A DNA stretch of 64,000 nt from Candidatus Magasanikiibacteriota bacterium (GCA_963840935.1 CAWJAS010000001.1:192875-256874), one strand, 5' to 3'; counted from the stretch's first letter, positions 38,549 through 49,512 are shown. Numbers and translations: made by a program. The notes: generated from the sequence alone by a model not told the origin.

Positions 38549-38630
38549 AAATGTACTGTATTTTATAGTACACATAGTACACAAATATTGTTTGTATGAT
38601 AAACCCGTCAGTCGCGACTGACGGGTTTAT

Positions 38631-38659
38631 TTGACAAATAAAATATTAAGTACTATTAT
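38631..38659 (+). promoter_or_regulatory. Promoter TTGACA-17-TATTAT
   Basis: TTGACA at 38631-38636, TATTAT at 38654-38659. Upstream of the GC-rich 80-aa ORF. Confidence 0.5.
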
Positions 38660-38704
38660 TTTTTAATCGAATTTGTTTGGAAATCCGAAAAACAGGAGGG
38701 GCAG

Positions 38705-38947
38705 ATGAGTCGCAAGAAAAAGGAGGGATCAGTGTCGTTCAAAGAGGCAAAAGACAAGGCTGTTTACAAGCCAAGGTACGACGGAGTAACCGGAAGAGCG
38801 CCCAGTCGTCGTAAGCCCGCAGCCCGTGATTCTTGGTTGCCGGAGGCCATGCCCAAGGGAGCCAATTTTTATGGAGGTGATGACGAGCCAGAGCTCTCTC
38901 CCGAAGAGCTCCATTTGGCACGAGAAATCTCCAACGCCCGACGGTAG
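38705..38947 (+). CDS. Hypothetical 80-aa basic, low-complexity protein in a GC-rich island
   Basis: SD AGGAGG 5 nt upstream of the ATG. Terminator agagccgctcc-acg-gagcggctct + T-run (38976-39008). Confidence 0.5.
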   Translation: MSRKKKEGSVSFKEAKDKAVYKPRYDGVTGRAPSRRKPAARDSWLPEAMPKGANFYGGDDEPELSPEELHLAREISNARR

Positions 38948-39021
38948 TCAGTTCTTTTTTTGTTCATTAATTATTAGAGCCGCTCCACGGAGCGGCTCTT
39001 GTGTTTTTAATTAATTCTATT

Positions 39022-39924
39022 TTATACACCCATTGTTCGTAATTTTTTTATTCTTTCCTCTGTTGGTGGGTGAGTGGAAAAAAGATTTTTGAATTTTTTC
39101 TTTCCATTAGAAAACGGACTGGCAATAAACAAGTGAGCGGTGGCGGTGGAAGCGCTTTTCATTGGTGTGTTTTCAGCAGAAATTTTTTCCAGCGCGCTTG
39201 CCAGGCCATCCGGATAGCGGGTGAGTAAGGCACCGGAAGCGTCAGCCAAATATTCTCTTTTGCGCGAAATCGCCAATTTAATCAGTTCGGCGATCAAGGG
39301 CGAGAGAATGGCGAGAATAATGCCGGCAATCATAAGAATGGCAAAAAGTTGTGAACCGCCTTCGCGGTTATTGCCACCTTTGCCACGCATAAAACCGCCG
39401 GAGCGCAGTAAAATGTTTGACATAATAACAATCGCTCCGACCATTACCGCCACAAGCATCATGAAACGGATATCAAGATTTTTTATATGCGATAATTCAT
39501 GAGCGATTACTCCTTCAAGTTCTTCGTTGGTTAATTTTTCAATCGCTCCGCGAGTCAAAGCGATGGAAGCGTTTTTTGGGTCGCGTCCGGTGGCAAAAGC
39601 ATTGATGGCCGAGTCTTCGATAATATATATTTTTGGCATTGGCAATCCGGCGGTAATGCAGAGATTTTCAACCAAATGATAAACATATTTATTTTCGTCA
39701 TGAGTAACCGGTTTGGCGCCGGTGGCTGTCAAAGCGATTTTATCGCCTGAAAAAAATGAAATGGCGGTCATCAAAAGCGCGATAAAAATCGCAAAAACAA
39801 TTCCGGTATAACCGCCCGAACCGTATAGTTGGTCAAACACCCAGCCCAAAGCGATGATGACGGCAATAAAAATCATCATCAAAAGAATTGATTTGCGTTT
39901 GTTGGAAGAAATCTCAGAGTACAT
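39022..39924 (-). CDS. htpX: Zinc metalloprotease HtpX (M48)
   Basis: HELSHIKNLD (HExxH), TM helices. Confidence 0.85.
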   Translation of the reverse strand: MYSEISSNKRKSILLMMIFIAVIIALGWVFDQLYGSGGYTGIVFAIFIALLMTAISFFSGDKIALTATGAKPVTHDENKYVYHLVENLCITAGLPMPKIYIIEDSAINAFATGRDPKNASIALTRGAIEKLTNEELEGVIAHELSHIKNLDIRFMMLVAVMVGAIVIMSNILLRSGGFMRGKGGNNREGGSQLFAILMIAGIILAILSPLIAELIKLAISRKREYLADASGALLTRYPDGLASALEKISAENTPMKSASTATAHLFIASPFSNGKKKFKNLFSTHPPTEERIKKLRTMGV

Positions 39925-39942
39925 GTTTTGCCTGTTTATTTA

Positions 39943-40509
39943 TTAGAATTTCACCTGCACATTTTGCTTTTCGCCTTCTGACGCTTGGAAGAAATCGTAT
40001 TTAGAGAATTTTAAAGCGCCGGCAATCATGTTGGTCGGGAAAACTTGAATTTTGGTGTTGAAGTCGCGAACATTGCCGTTGTAAAATCTGCGAGACGCTT
40101 GAATTTTGTTTTCAGTGTCCGACAATTCATCTTGAAGTTGTAAAAAGTTTTGGCTGGCTTTCAAATCAGGATAATTTTCCGAAACAGCGAATAAAGATTT
40201 TAAAGTATTGGAAAGCATATTTTCCGCATTTTCTCGGTCGGCCATAGAGGCATTTTTATTGTCGTGCACTTGCATGGCGGAGGCGCGCGCTTCGGTAACT
40301 TTTTGCAAAGTTCCTTGTTCGTGCGTCATATAACCTTTGACTGTTTCCACCAAATTGGGGATTAAGTCATATCGGCGTTTAAGTTGGACATCAATGTCGC
40401 TATAAGCTTCATCAACTTGATTTTTACTTCTGATTAACCCGTTATATGTGGCGATTAACCATATAATAACTATTGCCAAAATAATCAGGACAATATAAGA
40501 TATACCCAT
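39943..40509 (-). CDS. lemA: LemA family membrane protein
   Basis: N-terminal TM helix. LemA conserved region NGLIRSKNQVDEAYSDIDVQLKRRYDLIPNLVETVKGY. Confidence 0.8.
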   Translation of the reverse strand: MGISYIVLIILAIVIIWLIATYNGLIRSKNQVDEAYSDIDVQLKRRYDLIPNLVETVKGYMTHEQGTLQKVTEARASAMQVHDNKNASMADRENAENMLSNTLKSLFAVSENYPDLKASQNFLQLQDELSDTENKIQASRRFYNGNVRDFNTKIQVFPTNMIAGALKFSKYDFFQASEGEKQNVQVKF

Positions 40510-40590
40510 ACTTTTTATTATTTAGCCGGTTGCTTAAGCGCAACCATAACCGTTTTATTATAGCATTTTGACGAGAAAAGTAAATATATT

Positions 40591-41772
40591 ATGACTACAT
40601 TACTTATTTTTATCGCCGTACTCGCCGTCTTGGTATTGTCGCATGAATTCGGGCATTTTATTGCTGCGCGCAAGAGTGGAATGAGAGTTTATGAATTCGG
40701 CTTTGGATTTCCTCCGAGGATTTTTGGTTTTCAACGATTAACAAAAGGAAAAGAAAAGAAGTGGCGGTTTATTCGGGGCAACAAAGAAATGATAGAAGAG
40801 ATTACTCCGGATGGTTTTGAGTGTGATACATTGTATTCTTTTAATTGGATTCCGGTCGGTGGATTTGTGCGCGTTAAAGGTGAAGAAAAAGAAAGCGGTG
40901 ATAAAGATTCTTTTAACACGGCCAAAACTTGGAAAAAGGCGATTTTTATTTCTGCCGGTGTTTTGTGTAATATTATTTTGGCGGCCGTTTTATTTTCTAT
41001 CGGTTATTTGGTCGGGTCGCCGGCTTTGGTTGATAACTATAAAGACGTGAGCCATGTTAAAGATAGACAACTGACCATTATGCAAATTTTGCCTGATAAG
41101 CCGGCCGATGTCGCCGGTATTCAGAACGAAGATGTGATTGTTCAAATCGGTGAAATTCAAAATCCGCGTCTAAAAGAAATGCAAAATTACGTTGATGCGA
41201 ACAAAGATTCTGAAATCGCTTTTGTTATTAAAAGAGGCGAAGAATTATTAACAATAAATATCCAGCCGATGACTTATGAAGATACCGGCAAGGGCGGAAT
41301 TGGCGTCGGTATCGCCGAAATCGGAACGGTAAAATATCCTTGGTATTCGGCTTTGTTTTATGGTTTTAAAGACGCGATTATTTATTTAAAAGCAATATTT
41401 GTCGCTTTTTATCATTTAATCATCGGTTTATTTGCCGGCAAAGGAGGCGGGGACGCGGTGTCCGGCCCGATTGGCATCGCGATAATGGCCGGTCAAGTTG
41501 CCAAAATGGGTCTGGTATATTTATTGCAGTTTATGGCCGTGTTATCTTTAAATTTGGCGGTAATAAATATTTTACCAATTCCGGCGCTTGATGGCGGACG
41601 CTTGCTTTTTTTGGCTCTCAATAAATTCAAAAAAATTAATTTTGCCAAATACGAACAAATGGCGCATGCCGTTGGTTTTGCCTTGCTCATGCTTTTGGTT
41701 GTGGCGGTGACGGTCAAGGATATCGGCAATTTTAAAGGCGTGTTTTTGGATTTTTTTAAAAGAATTTTTTAG
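40591..41772 (+). CDS. rseP: Site-2 protease RseP (M50) with PDZ domain
   Basis: HEFGHF (HExxH) in the first TM helix, PDZ-like region, LDG motif near the C-terminus. Confidence 0.85.
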   Translation: MTTLLIFIAVLAVLVLSHEFGHFIAARKSGMRVYEFGFGFPPRIFGFQRLTKGKEKKWRFIRGNKEMIEEITPDGFECDTLYSFNWIPVGGFVRVKGEEKESGDKDSFNTAKTWKKAIFISAGVLCNIILAAVLFSIGYLVGSPALVDNYKDVSHVKDRQLTIMQILPDKPADVAGIQNEDVIVQIGEIQNPRLKEMQNYVDANKDSEIAFVIKRGEELLTINIQPMTYEDTGKGGIGVGIAEIGTVKYPWYSALFYGFKDAIIYLKAIFVAFYHLIIGLFAGKGGGDAVSGPIGIAIMAGQVAKMGLVYLLQFMAVLSLNLAVINILPIPALDGGRLLFLALNKFKKINFAKYEQMAHAVGFALLMLLVVAVTVKDIGNFKGVFLDFFKRIF

Positions 41773-41781
41773 TTTTAAAAT

Positions 41782-42813
41782 ATGAAAAACGATTTGGAAT
41801 CATTAAAAAAGTCTGCCCTTCTTAATATTGGCCAAGCGTCTGACGCAATGGCGCTTGAACAAATAGAAAATGAATTACTTGGCCGTAAAAACGGACGCTT
41901 GACGGAAATTATGAAGGGGCTGAAAGATTTGTCGCCGGAAGAGAAAAAAACGATCGGCCAATCAGCCAATGACATAAAAAATGAAATTGAAAAAGCCATA
42001 AGTGTTCGAAGTTCTGAATTAAACAAGGAAACTTGGTCGGCGCAGTGTGAAAAAGAAAAAATTGATTTGTCGGCGCCTTCTTTACCCAAACAAGAATTCG
42101 GCCATTTTCACCCAAACACAATAGTCCAAAAAAATTTGGAAGATTTTTTTGCTTCAATGGGTTTCATGGTTCTTGACGGACCGGAGCTGGAAAGCGAATA
42201 TTTTAATTTTACCGCTTTGAACATTCCGGCCGAACATCCGGCTCGCGATACACAGGACACATTCTACATAAAAAATCATCCGGATTGGGTGATGCGAACT
42301 CACACTTCGCCCATGCAGGTGAGAGCGATGCAAAAATACGGCGCCCCTTTGCGGGTAATCGGTCCGGGACGGTGTTTTAGAAACGAATCAACCGACGCGC
42401 GGCATGAACATACTTTTTTGCAACTTGAAGGATTTGCCATTGATGAACATTTAACTCTGGCTAATTTAAAAGGTGTTTTTGAAGCGGTGGCAAAATTTTT
42501 GTATGGTCCTGAAACAAAAATTCGTTTGCGTCCAAAACACTACCCGTTCGTGGAACCCGGAGTAAACGGCGAAGTTTCGTGTTTTTTATGCGGGGGTAAA
42601 GGATGTCGGGTTTGCAAACAGACCGGCTGGATGGAAATATTCGGCGCCGGCATGATTCACCCGGATGTGCTAAAAGAAGGTGGAATCGATCCGGCCAAGC
42701 ATCAAGGGTTCGCTTTTGGTTTTGGCTTAACGAGGATGGCGATGCTAAAGTATGATATTGACGACGTGCGTTTGACGCAGGGCGGGGACATGAGATTTTT
42801 AAAACAATTTTAA
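41782..42813 (+). CDS. pheS: Phenylalanyl-tRNA synthetase alpha subunit
   Basis: Class II motifs (FRNESTDARHEHTFLQLEG, GFAFGFGLTRMAM). Confidence 0.9.
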   Translation: MKNDLESLKKSALLNIGQASDAMALEQIENELLGRKNGRLTEIMKGLKDLSPEEKKTIGQSANDIKNEIEKAISVRSSELNKETWSAQCEKEKIDLSAPSLPKQEFGHFHPNTIVQKNLEDFFASMGFMVLDGPELESEYFNFTALNIPAEHPARDTQDTFYIKNHPDWVMRTHTSPMQVRAMQKYGAPLRVIGPGRCFRNESTDARHEHTFLQLEGFAIDEHLTLANLKGVFEAVAKFLYGPETKIRLRPKHYPFVEPGVNGEVSCFLCGGKGCRVCKQTGWMEIFGAGMIHPDVLKEGGIDPAKHQGFAFGFGLTRMAMLKYDIDDVRLTQGGDMRFLKQF

Positions 42814-42825
42814 TTCTCGGCATTT

Positions 42826-45288
42826 ATGAAAATTTCATTTAATTGGCTTAAACAATACGTTAGTCTGCCGGATTCAATCAGCCCGGAAGAAGTGGGCGAG
42901 AAATTAAAATTGGCCACGGTTGAAGTGGAAGAAATTACGAGTCAAGGAAAAAATTTGGAAAATATTGTCGTCGGCAAAGTCCTGTCGGTTGAAAAGCATC
43001 CGCAAGCGGATAAATTTAAAATTTGCCAAGTGGATGTCGGCGATGAAAAATTGAAAATTGTTTGCGGTGGTAGCAATGTTTATGAAAAAATGATTACCGT
43101 CGTGGCAAAAATCGGCGCCAAAGTTAAATGGCACGGGGAAGGCGACTTGGTTGAATTGAAACTAACCGCCATTCGGGGAGAAGAATCAAAAGGTATGATT
43201 TGCGGAGCTTCGGAAGTCGGTTTTGAAGACCTATTCCCGCCAAAAGACGACCATGAAATTTTGGATTTAACCGGCGTAGTGGCCGACAAATTCATCGGCA
43301 AGCCGATTGCTTCGGCGCTCGGACTTAATGATTCGGTTTTTGAAATCGACAACAAGTCGCTCAGCAACCGTCCGGATTTGTGGGGGCATTATGGTATGGC
43401 GCGTGAAACGGCAACACTGTTTTCAAAAACATTAAAAGAATATCCGATTGAAGCGATTAAAAAAATAAAAAATGAATTGGATTTGAAAGTTGAAATTGAA
43501 GATGTTAAATTGTGCCCGCGATATATGGCGGTCGCCGTTGCCGGTGTGGAGGTGGGTGAATCGCCCGGTTGGTTAAAACAATATTTGTTATCGGCCGGTT
43601 TGCGCCCGATAAACAATATTGTTGACATTACAAATTATGTGATGCTTGATTTGGGCGAACCGATGCACGCGTTTGATGCGGACCAGCTCACAAAAAACAA
43701 GGAACAAGGAATAAACATTATGGTTCGTAAAGCAAAGAAAGAAGAAGTTTTAAAACTGCTTGACGGAGAAGAAATAAAGCTTGTTGAAGAAGACCTGGTA
43801 ATCGCCAATTCGCAAAAAGCATTGGCTTTGGCCGGTGTGATGGGCGGAGAAAAAAGCGGAATAAACGATAAGACGGAAACAATAATTTTTGAAGCGGCGA
43901 ATTTTAATGCTTCTTCAATCAGAAAAACTTCGGTTCGTTTGGGCGTGCGCACGGATTCTTCGGCCAGATTCGAAAAAAGCCTTGATCCGAATTTGTGCGA
44001 AACAGCCATTAAAAAAGCCGTGCAGTTGGTGCTGGAGTTTTGCCCCAAAGCCAAAGTGACGAGTAAAATAATTGATGAGAAAAATTTTTCTTTGGCTGTC
44101 GGGCCTTTGATGGTTGAAAAAAATATTTTTGCCAAAAAATTAGGTATTGAAATTCCGGAAAAAAAGATAGTTGAAATTTTTGAACGTCTTGGTTTTGTGG
44201 TGGTGGACAAAGGGGATAAATTATCGATTAAAATTCCGACTTGGAGGGCGACCAAAGACGTGAGTATTGCCGAAGATTTGGTGGAAGAGGTAGCCAGAAT
44301 TTATGGTTATGAAAATATTCCATCGGATTTGCCCAAAATGACCATAACACCTCCGATTCTCAATCGTTTGCGCGATGTTGAGCACGAAGTCAGAGATTGC
44401 TTGACCCGTGACCTTGGTTATTGTGAAACAAATAATTACGCTTTTGTCAGCAAAGAGCAAATAGAAAAAATGGGAGACAAATCGCAGTATTTGGAATTGG
44501 ACAACCCGTTGTCAAAAGAAAAACCGTTTTTGTGCCGTTCTCTTACGCCCAATTTGATTGAAAACGCTGTAAAAAATATCGAATTTTTTGACACAGTGGC
44601 TTTGTATGAAATAGCCAAAGTTTTTTGGCCGGAAGAACCGGGAGTTCGGTCCGGTGAAAATGATTCCGAGCTTTTGCCCAGGCAAGATGTATTTTTGACC
44701 GTCTTGTTCGCGCAAAAGAAAAATGAAAATCCGTTAGTGGAAATCAGGCGAGCTTTGGAAAGAATTGCCGGTCAATTTAATATTGATTATTCAGTTAATG
44801 AATTATCAAGCGTCAAAGAATGGCAACACGCGGGCAGAAGCGGAGAGGTCTTAATGAACGACGGAAGTGTTGGTTCAATATATGAACTTAATCCGTTCAC
44901 GGCCGATAAATTCGGATTAAAGCCGGTGAGAGCCGCTATTTTGGAAATTAATTTAAGTATTTTTGCCGGTTTGCCGATAAAAGAAAAAAAATACAAAAAA
45001 ATACCCCAATTTCCGGAGATGATTCGCGACTTGTCATTTGTTGCCGATAAAAAAATTGTTCATAGTCAAATTGTGAGCGCGGTCAAAGAAATTGATAATC
45101 TTTTGGAAGGGATTGAATTATTTGATGTTTATGAAGGAAAGAATTTGCCGGAAAACAAAAAAAGCTTGGCTTATAGATTTATTTTTTCTCATCCGGATAA
45201 AACATTAAACGCTGATGAAGTGGAAGAGGCGATGAAAAAAATTGAAACCAAATTAAAAAAAGAATTGGGAATTGAAATCAGAAAGTAA
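42826..45288 (+). CDS. pheT: Phenylalanyl-tRNA synthetase beta subunit
   Basis: 820 aa with tRNA-binding, B3/4, B5 and FDX-ACB regions. Adjacent to pheS. UUCG-tetraloop terminator at 45298-45324. Confidence 0.9.
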   Translation: MKISFNWLKQYVSLPDSISPEEVGEKLKLATVEVEEITSQGKNLENIVVGKVLSVEKHPQADKFKICQVDVGDEKLKIVCGGSNVYEKMITVVAKIGAKVKWHGEGDLVELKLTAIRGEESKGMICGASEVGFEDLFPPKDDHEILDLTGVVADKFIGKPIASALGLNDSVFEIDNKSLSNRPDLWGHYGMARETATLFSKTLKEYPIEAIKKIKNELDLKVEIEDVKLCPRYMAVAVAGVEVGESPGWLKQYLLSAGLRPINNIVDITNYVMLDLGEPMHAFDADQLTKNKEQGINIMVRKAKKEEVLKLLDGEEIKLVEEDLVIANSQKALALAGVMGGEKSGINDKTETIIFEAANFNASSIRKTSVRLGVRTDSSARFEKSLDPNLCETAIKKAVQLVLEFCPKAKVTSKIIDEKNFSLAVGPLMVEKNIFAKKLGIEIPEKKIVEIFERLGFVVVDKGDKLSIKIPTWRATKDVSIAEDLVEEVARIYGYENIPSDLPKMTITPPILNRLRDVEHEVRDCLTRDLGYCETNNYAFVSKEQIEKMGDKSQYLELDNPLSKEKPFLCRSLTPNLIENAVKNIEFFDTVALYEIAKVFWPEEPGVRSGENDSELLPRQDVFLTVLFAQKKNENPLVEIRRALERIAGQFNIDYSVNELSSVKEWQHAGRSGEVLMNDGSVGSIYELNPFTADKFGLKPVRAAILEINLSIFAGLPIKEKKYKKIPQFPEMIRDLSFVADKKIVHSQIVSAVKEIDNLLEGIELFDVYEGKNLPENKKSLAYRFIFSHPDKTLNADEVEEAMKKIETKLKKELGIEIRK

Positions 45289-45375
45289 AATAGTGGAACA
45301 TCCGCTTCGGCGGATGTTTTGTTTTATAGCAAAATCGTGGTATAATTATGGCAAGTTAAAAATTAATATTTATTT

Positions 45376-45762
45376 ATGATTGAGACATCAAAAGATATTT
45401 TATATATCGTAATTTCATTTTGTGTTTTGTGGGCGACAGTATTTCTTTGTTGGATGTTTTATTATGCCGGTAAAATTTTAAAAAATACCAGCCAGATTAT
45501 TGAAGAATTCAGAGTTCGCCTGCAAGCATTGGCCGACGCCATCGGATATATTCAAGAAAAAGTCGAGTATTTGTCGCTCGCCATGAGTTCTGTTTTTAAG
45601 GGCGTGGGTGAAACAGTCAAAGACACGGTTATAAAAAAAGCAAAAAGTTGGATGAATAAAAAATCCGATGACTGCGACAGTTCGGCCAAAGAAGCGGTAG
45701 ACCGAGCGGTGGCAAAAACTGCCGAAGGGATAAATAATATCACAAAAAAGATTAAAGAATAG
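45376..45762 (+). CDS. Hypothetical small membrane protein
   Basis: One N-terminal TM helix. Terminator cgcccgc-ttgtttg-gcgggcg + T-run at 45778-45805. Confidence 0.45.
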   Translation: MIETSKDILYIVISFCVLWATVFLCWMFYYAGKILKNTSQIIEEFRVRLQALADAIGYIQEKVEYLSLAMSSVFKGVGETVKDTVIKKAKSWMNKKSDDCDSSAKEAVDRAVAKTAEGINNITKKIKE

Positions 45763-45860
45763 ACATAACAAATCAAATCGCCCGCTTGTTTGCGGGCGTT
45801 TTTTATTAAAAAAGCATGCCTTGCTTTTGCCCAAAAATTACGGTAAGATAAGCCCACAAT

Positions 45861-48800
45861 ATGAGTAATTTTGTTCACTTGCATGTGCATAGCCATTATT
45901 CTTTGCTTGATGGCTTGCCGAAGATTAAGGAATTAGTTTCAACCGCCAAAAAGCGCGGTTTTTCGGCATTGGCTTTGACCGACCACGGCAACATGTATGG
46001 AGCGATTGAGTTTTACGAGCAGTGTCTGAAAAATGAAATAAAACCGATAATCGGCATGGAGGCCTATGTGGCGCCAGGGTCGCGATTTGAAAAAAATGGA
46101 CCGGATAATAAATATTATCATTTGGTTTTGCTTGCGCTTAATTACACCGGTTACAAAAATTTAATGAAGTTGACTTCGCTTGCCAATTTGGAAGGATTTT
46201 ATTACAAACCGCGGATGGACAAGGAGTTATTGAAACAATACAGCGAAGGGTTAGTGGCCAGCTCCGCCTGCATGGGTGGAGAAATAGCTCGGGCGATTTA
46301 AAAAGAAAATAATTATGCCAAAGCAAAAAAAGTCGCTCTTGAATATCAAGAAATTTTTGGCGTGGGTAATTTTTATTTGGAGATGATGGATTTGCCGGCG
46401 CTTGAAGGGCAAACCGAGCTTAATAATAATTTAATTAAACTGTCGGAAGAAACAAAAATTCCTTTGATCGTGACGCGCGATGTTCATTATTTGAACCCCG
46501 AGGATTCCGAGGCGCAGGATATTTTGACCTGTATTAGAGACGGCGTTACTTTGGATGACCCGAATCGGCCGACCGATGCGGGCATTGATTGTTCTTTTGC
46601 CACAGGCGAAGAAATTGCCAAGCGTTTTAAGCATTGCCCGCAAGCGGTTGAAAATACGGCCAAAATCGCCGAGCGAGTTGATTTGCAGATTGAACTTAAT
46701 AAATGGCATTTTCCGCCGATTGCATTGCCCCCCGGAAAAACGGCCGACGAACATTTGCGCGACGAAGTTTATGGGCGTTTACCCGGTTTGACCGAAATTA
46801 CCGATGAAGTAAGAAAAAGAGTTGAGTATGAGTTGGAAATTATTTCTACCAAAGGTTACTCCCCGTATTTTATTGCTGTCGCAGATTATGTGAATTACGC
46901 CAAAGACAATGGTATTATCGAAACAACTCGCGGATCAGCTGCCGGTTCCATGGTTTCATACGCCATGGGAATTGTCACGGTTAATCCAATGTTTTTTAAA
47001 CTTCCTTTTGAGAGATTTTTAAATCCGTTCAGACCGAGTCCGCCGGATATTGATACTGATTTTGCCGATGACAGACGCGACGATATGATTGCTTATGTGA
47101 CAAAAAAATACGGTGAAGACAAGGTGGCGCAAATTATCACTTTTGGTACGATGATGGCGAGAGGTGCCGTGCGCGATGTTGGGCGCGCCTTGGGTTATTC
47201 ATATTCGTTTTGCGACCAAGTGGCAAAATTGATTCCGGCCGGCGCGCAGGGGTTTCAGGTGACCATTGCCACAGCAATGGAAAAAGAAAAAGATTTGCAA
47301 AAAATGTATGATGAAAATGCCCAGGTAAAACGCCTTTTGGATTTGGCGCAAAAAATTGAAGGATGCAATCGGCATACTTCCATTCACGCCGCCGGCGTGG
47401 TAATTTCTCCAACCGCGTTAACGGATTTTACACCGGTTCAGCGTGAAACAGGTGGAGAAAGAATTGTGACACAATACGAAATGCACGCGGTGGAGGCGGC
47501 CGGTGTTTTAAAAATGGATTTTCTAGGTATTCGCAATTTATCTATTTTGGGACATGCGGTTGTAATTATAGAAAAAACAACCGGCAAAAAAGTTGATATA
47601 TTTAAAATTCCTTGGGACGATAAAAAAACCTATGACATGCTTGCCCGTGGTGAAACAGTCGGTGTGTTTCAGCTTTCCAGTTCGGGCATGACCCGTTATT
47701 TAAAAGAATTAAAACCGGCTTCCATTTTTGACATTATGGCCATGGTGGCGCTTTTTCGACCGGGCCCGATGGAAGTTATTCCCGAATACATTAACCGCCG
47801 GCATCATCCCGAAATGATTGAGTATCTGGATCCGAGAATGAAAGATTATTTGGATCAGTCGCTTGGGCTTATTGTTTATCAAGATGATGTACTTTTGACT
47901 GCCATAAATTTGGGCGGATACAATTGGGAAGAAGCGGACAAATTCAGAAAAGCGATGGGCAAAAAAATTCCCGAAGAAATGGCCAAGCAAAAAGAAAAGT
48001 TTTTTAACGGTTGTCGTGAATTCGGAAAATTGCCGGAAGTGAAAATCAATGTGCTTTGGGAACGCATCGCGCCTTTTGCCGCTTATGGTTTTAACAAAGC
48101 GCACGCTTCAAGTTATGCCGTGGTTGCCTATCAAACCGCCTATCTTAAAGCCAATTTTCCGATTCAGTATATGACGGCTATTTTGATTGCCGAGTCGGGC
48201 GATATTGATAAAGTGCCGGCTATTATCGCCGAGTGCGAAAAAATGGGGATAAAAGTTTTGCCTCCGGATGTGAATGAAAGTTTCAAAAATTTTGCCATGA
48301 TTCAAGCCGAGTCGGGCGAATCCGCGCATATTCGTTTTGGTTTGCAAGGAATAAAAAATTTGGGCGAACATATTGCCGAGGTGATTTATCGAGAAAGAAA
48401 AAATAATGGAAAATATAAAGATTTGGAAGATTTTTTGGGTCGAGTGCAGGATAAAGATTTGAATAAAAAATCATTGGAGTCACTGGTCAAATGCGGAGCG
48501 ATGGATTCTTTTGGTTATGACCGCGGTTTACTTTTGGCAAATATCGATAACTTGCTTGCTTTTGTCAGGTCAATAAATGAAAGCACAACCACCAAGCAAG
48601 ATTCATTATTTTTCGGTACGGCCATTGATTTGAATAAAAAAGTCAGATTGGATCCTGCCCATGAAGCCACGGACACAGATAAAATGAATTGGGAAAAAGA
48701 ATTGCTTGGTCTTTATGTTTCGGCCCATCCATTTTCAGAGGTTGAGCAAATTATGAGAAATGTTTTGACTCCGCTAAATGATTTGCAAAGCAAGCCAAGA

Positions 48801-49382
48801 GGCGATTGGGTGGTAGTGGGAGGAGTGATCGATAAGGCAAAAAAGAAAATTACTCGCAAAGGCGACACCATGATGTTTGTTACAATTCAGGATTTGAGCG
48901 GAAGTTTGGAATTATTGGTTTTCCCTCGCACATATGAAACAACCAAAGATGTTTGGGTTGAAGGCAGATTGGTTTGCGTGGTTGGGAAAACTTCGGAAGA
49001 AGAAGGCGATGATAAATTGTTTGTGGAAAAGGCCTATGAATTAAATGAAAATAACGCGCCCGTGATTGCCATGCAGATGAACGCCGGAGTTCAAGCAACA
49101 ACATCTTTTTCTAGGCGCGCCGCGCAAATACCAAATGATTATTATCCGTCAGAGCCGGAAAATTATTATCCGGAAACCGGGCTTTTGATTACGCTTGCGT
49201 CGGCTGAAGTCAAAGAAAAAGCGGATGCCATTAAAGAAATTTTGGAGAAATATCCGGGTGATAAGCAGGTTTATTTGGCCGTCGCGGGAAAAAGAATAAA
49301 AACATCATATTTAATTAAAATGACGGCTGATTTGGCGAATGAATTGGATGAACTTTTGGGGAAAGGGAAGTTGAAGTATTAG
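45861..49382 (+). CDS. dnaE: DNA polymerase III alpha subunit; reading frame contains an in-frame TAA at 46299-46301, and the same frame continues (track ORF 46362..49382)
   Basis: PHP N-terminus HLHVHSHYSLLDG. After the stop, the same frame reads KENNYAKAKKVALEYQEIFG...NFYLE, matching the conserved ...EYQEIFG...FYLE region of DnaE. Total about 1173 codons. Confidence 0.85.
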
Positions 49383-49424
49383 CGCGCTTTTTATTTCAGA
49401 ATTATTACCTTTCGCAAACAGCGT

Positions 49425-49512
49425 CGGTCGACTCCTGCGGTCGACCGCGCTTCTTCGCTCGCCCGGATATCCGCCTTCGGCGGAACCGAGCTATCCGGGC
49501 TGCGCGACGTTG
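49425..49512. repeat. GC-rich palindromic repeat element (intergenic copy) with nested hairpins
   Basis: cggtcgac-tcctgcg-gtcgaccg and cccggata[tccgcc-ttcg-ggcgga]accgagctatccggg. Shares the ATCCGCC-N4-GGCGGA hairpin and cgcttc(g)ctc motifs with the elements inside fpg and tsaD. Confidence 0.5.

Noticed and set aside
38601-38630. Recurrent palindromic hairpin cccgtcag(n)ctgacggg at 25927, 38609 and 57706, considered as a dispersed REP-like element
   Set aside because: Each copy sits immediately after a gene with a following T-run, so each works as an ordinary intrinsic terminator. Shared sequence may simply reflect a terminator family. It is noted here but not called as a mobile repeat.
240-48483. 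Numerous short antisense or overlapping ORFs in the track embedded in well-supported genes (for example 240..428-, 2114..2626-, 7953..8300-, 19616..20065+, 22442..23005+, 43635..44255-, 47709..48104-)
   Set aside because: They lie inside or antisense to conserved genes, lack SDs and have odd composition. They are artefacts of six-frame translation.
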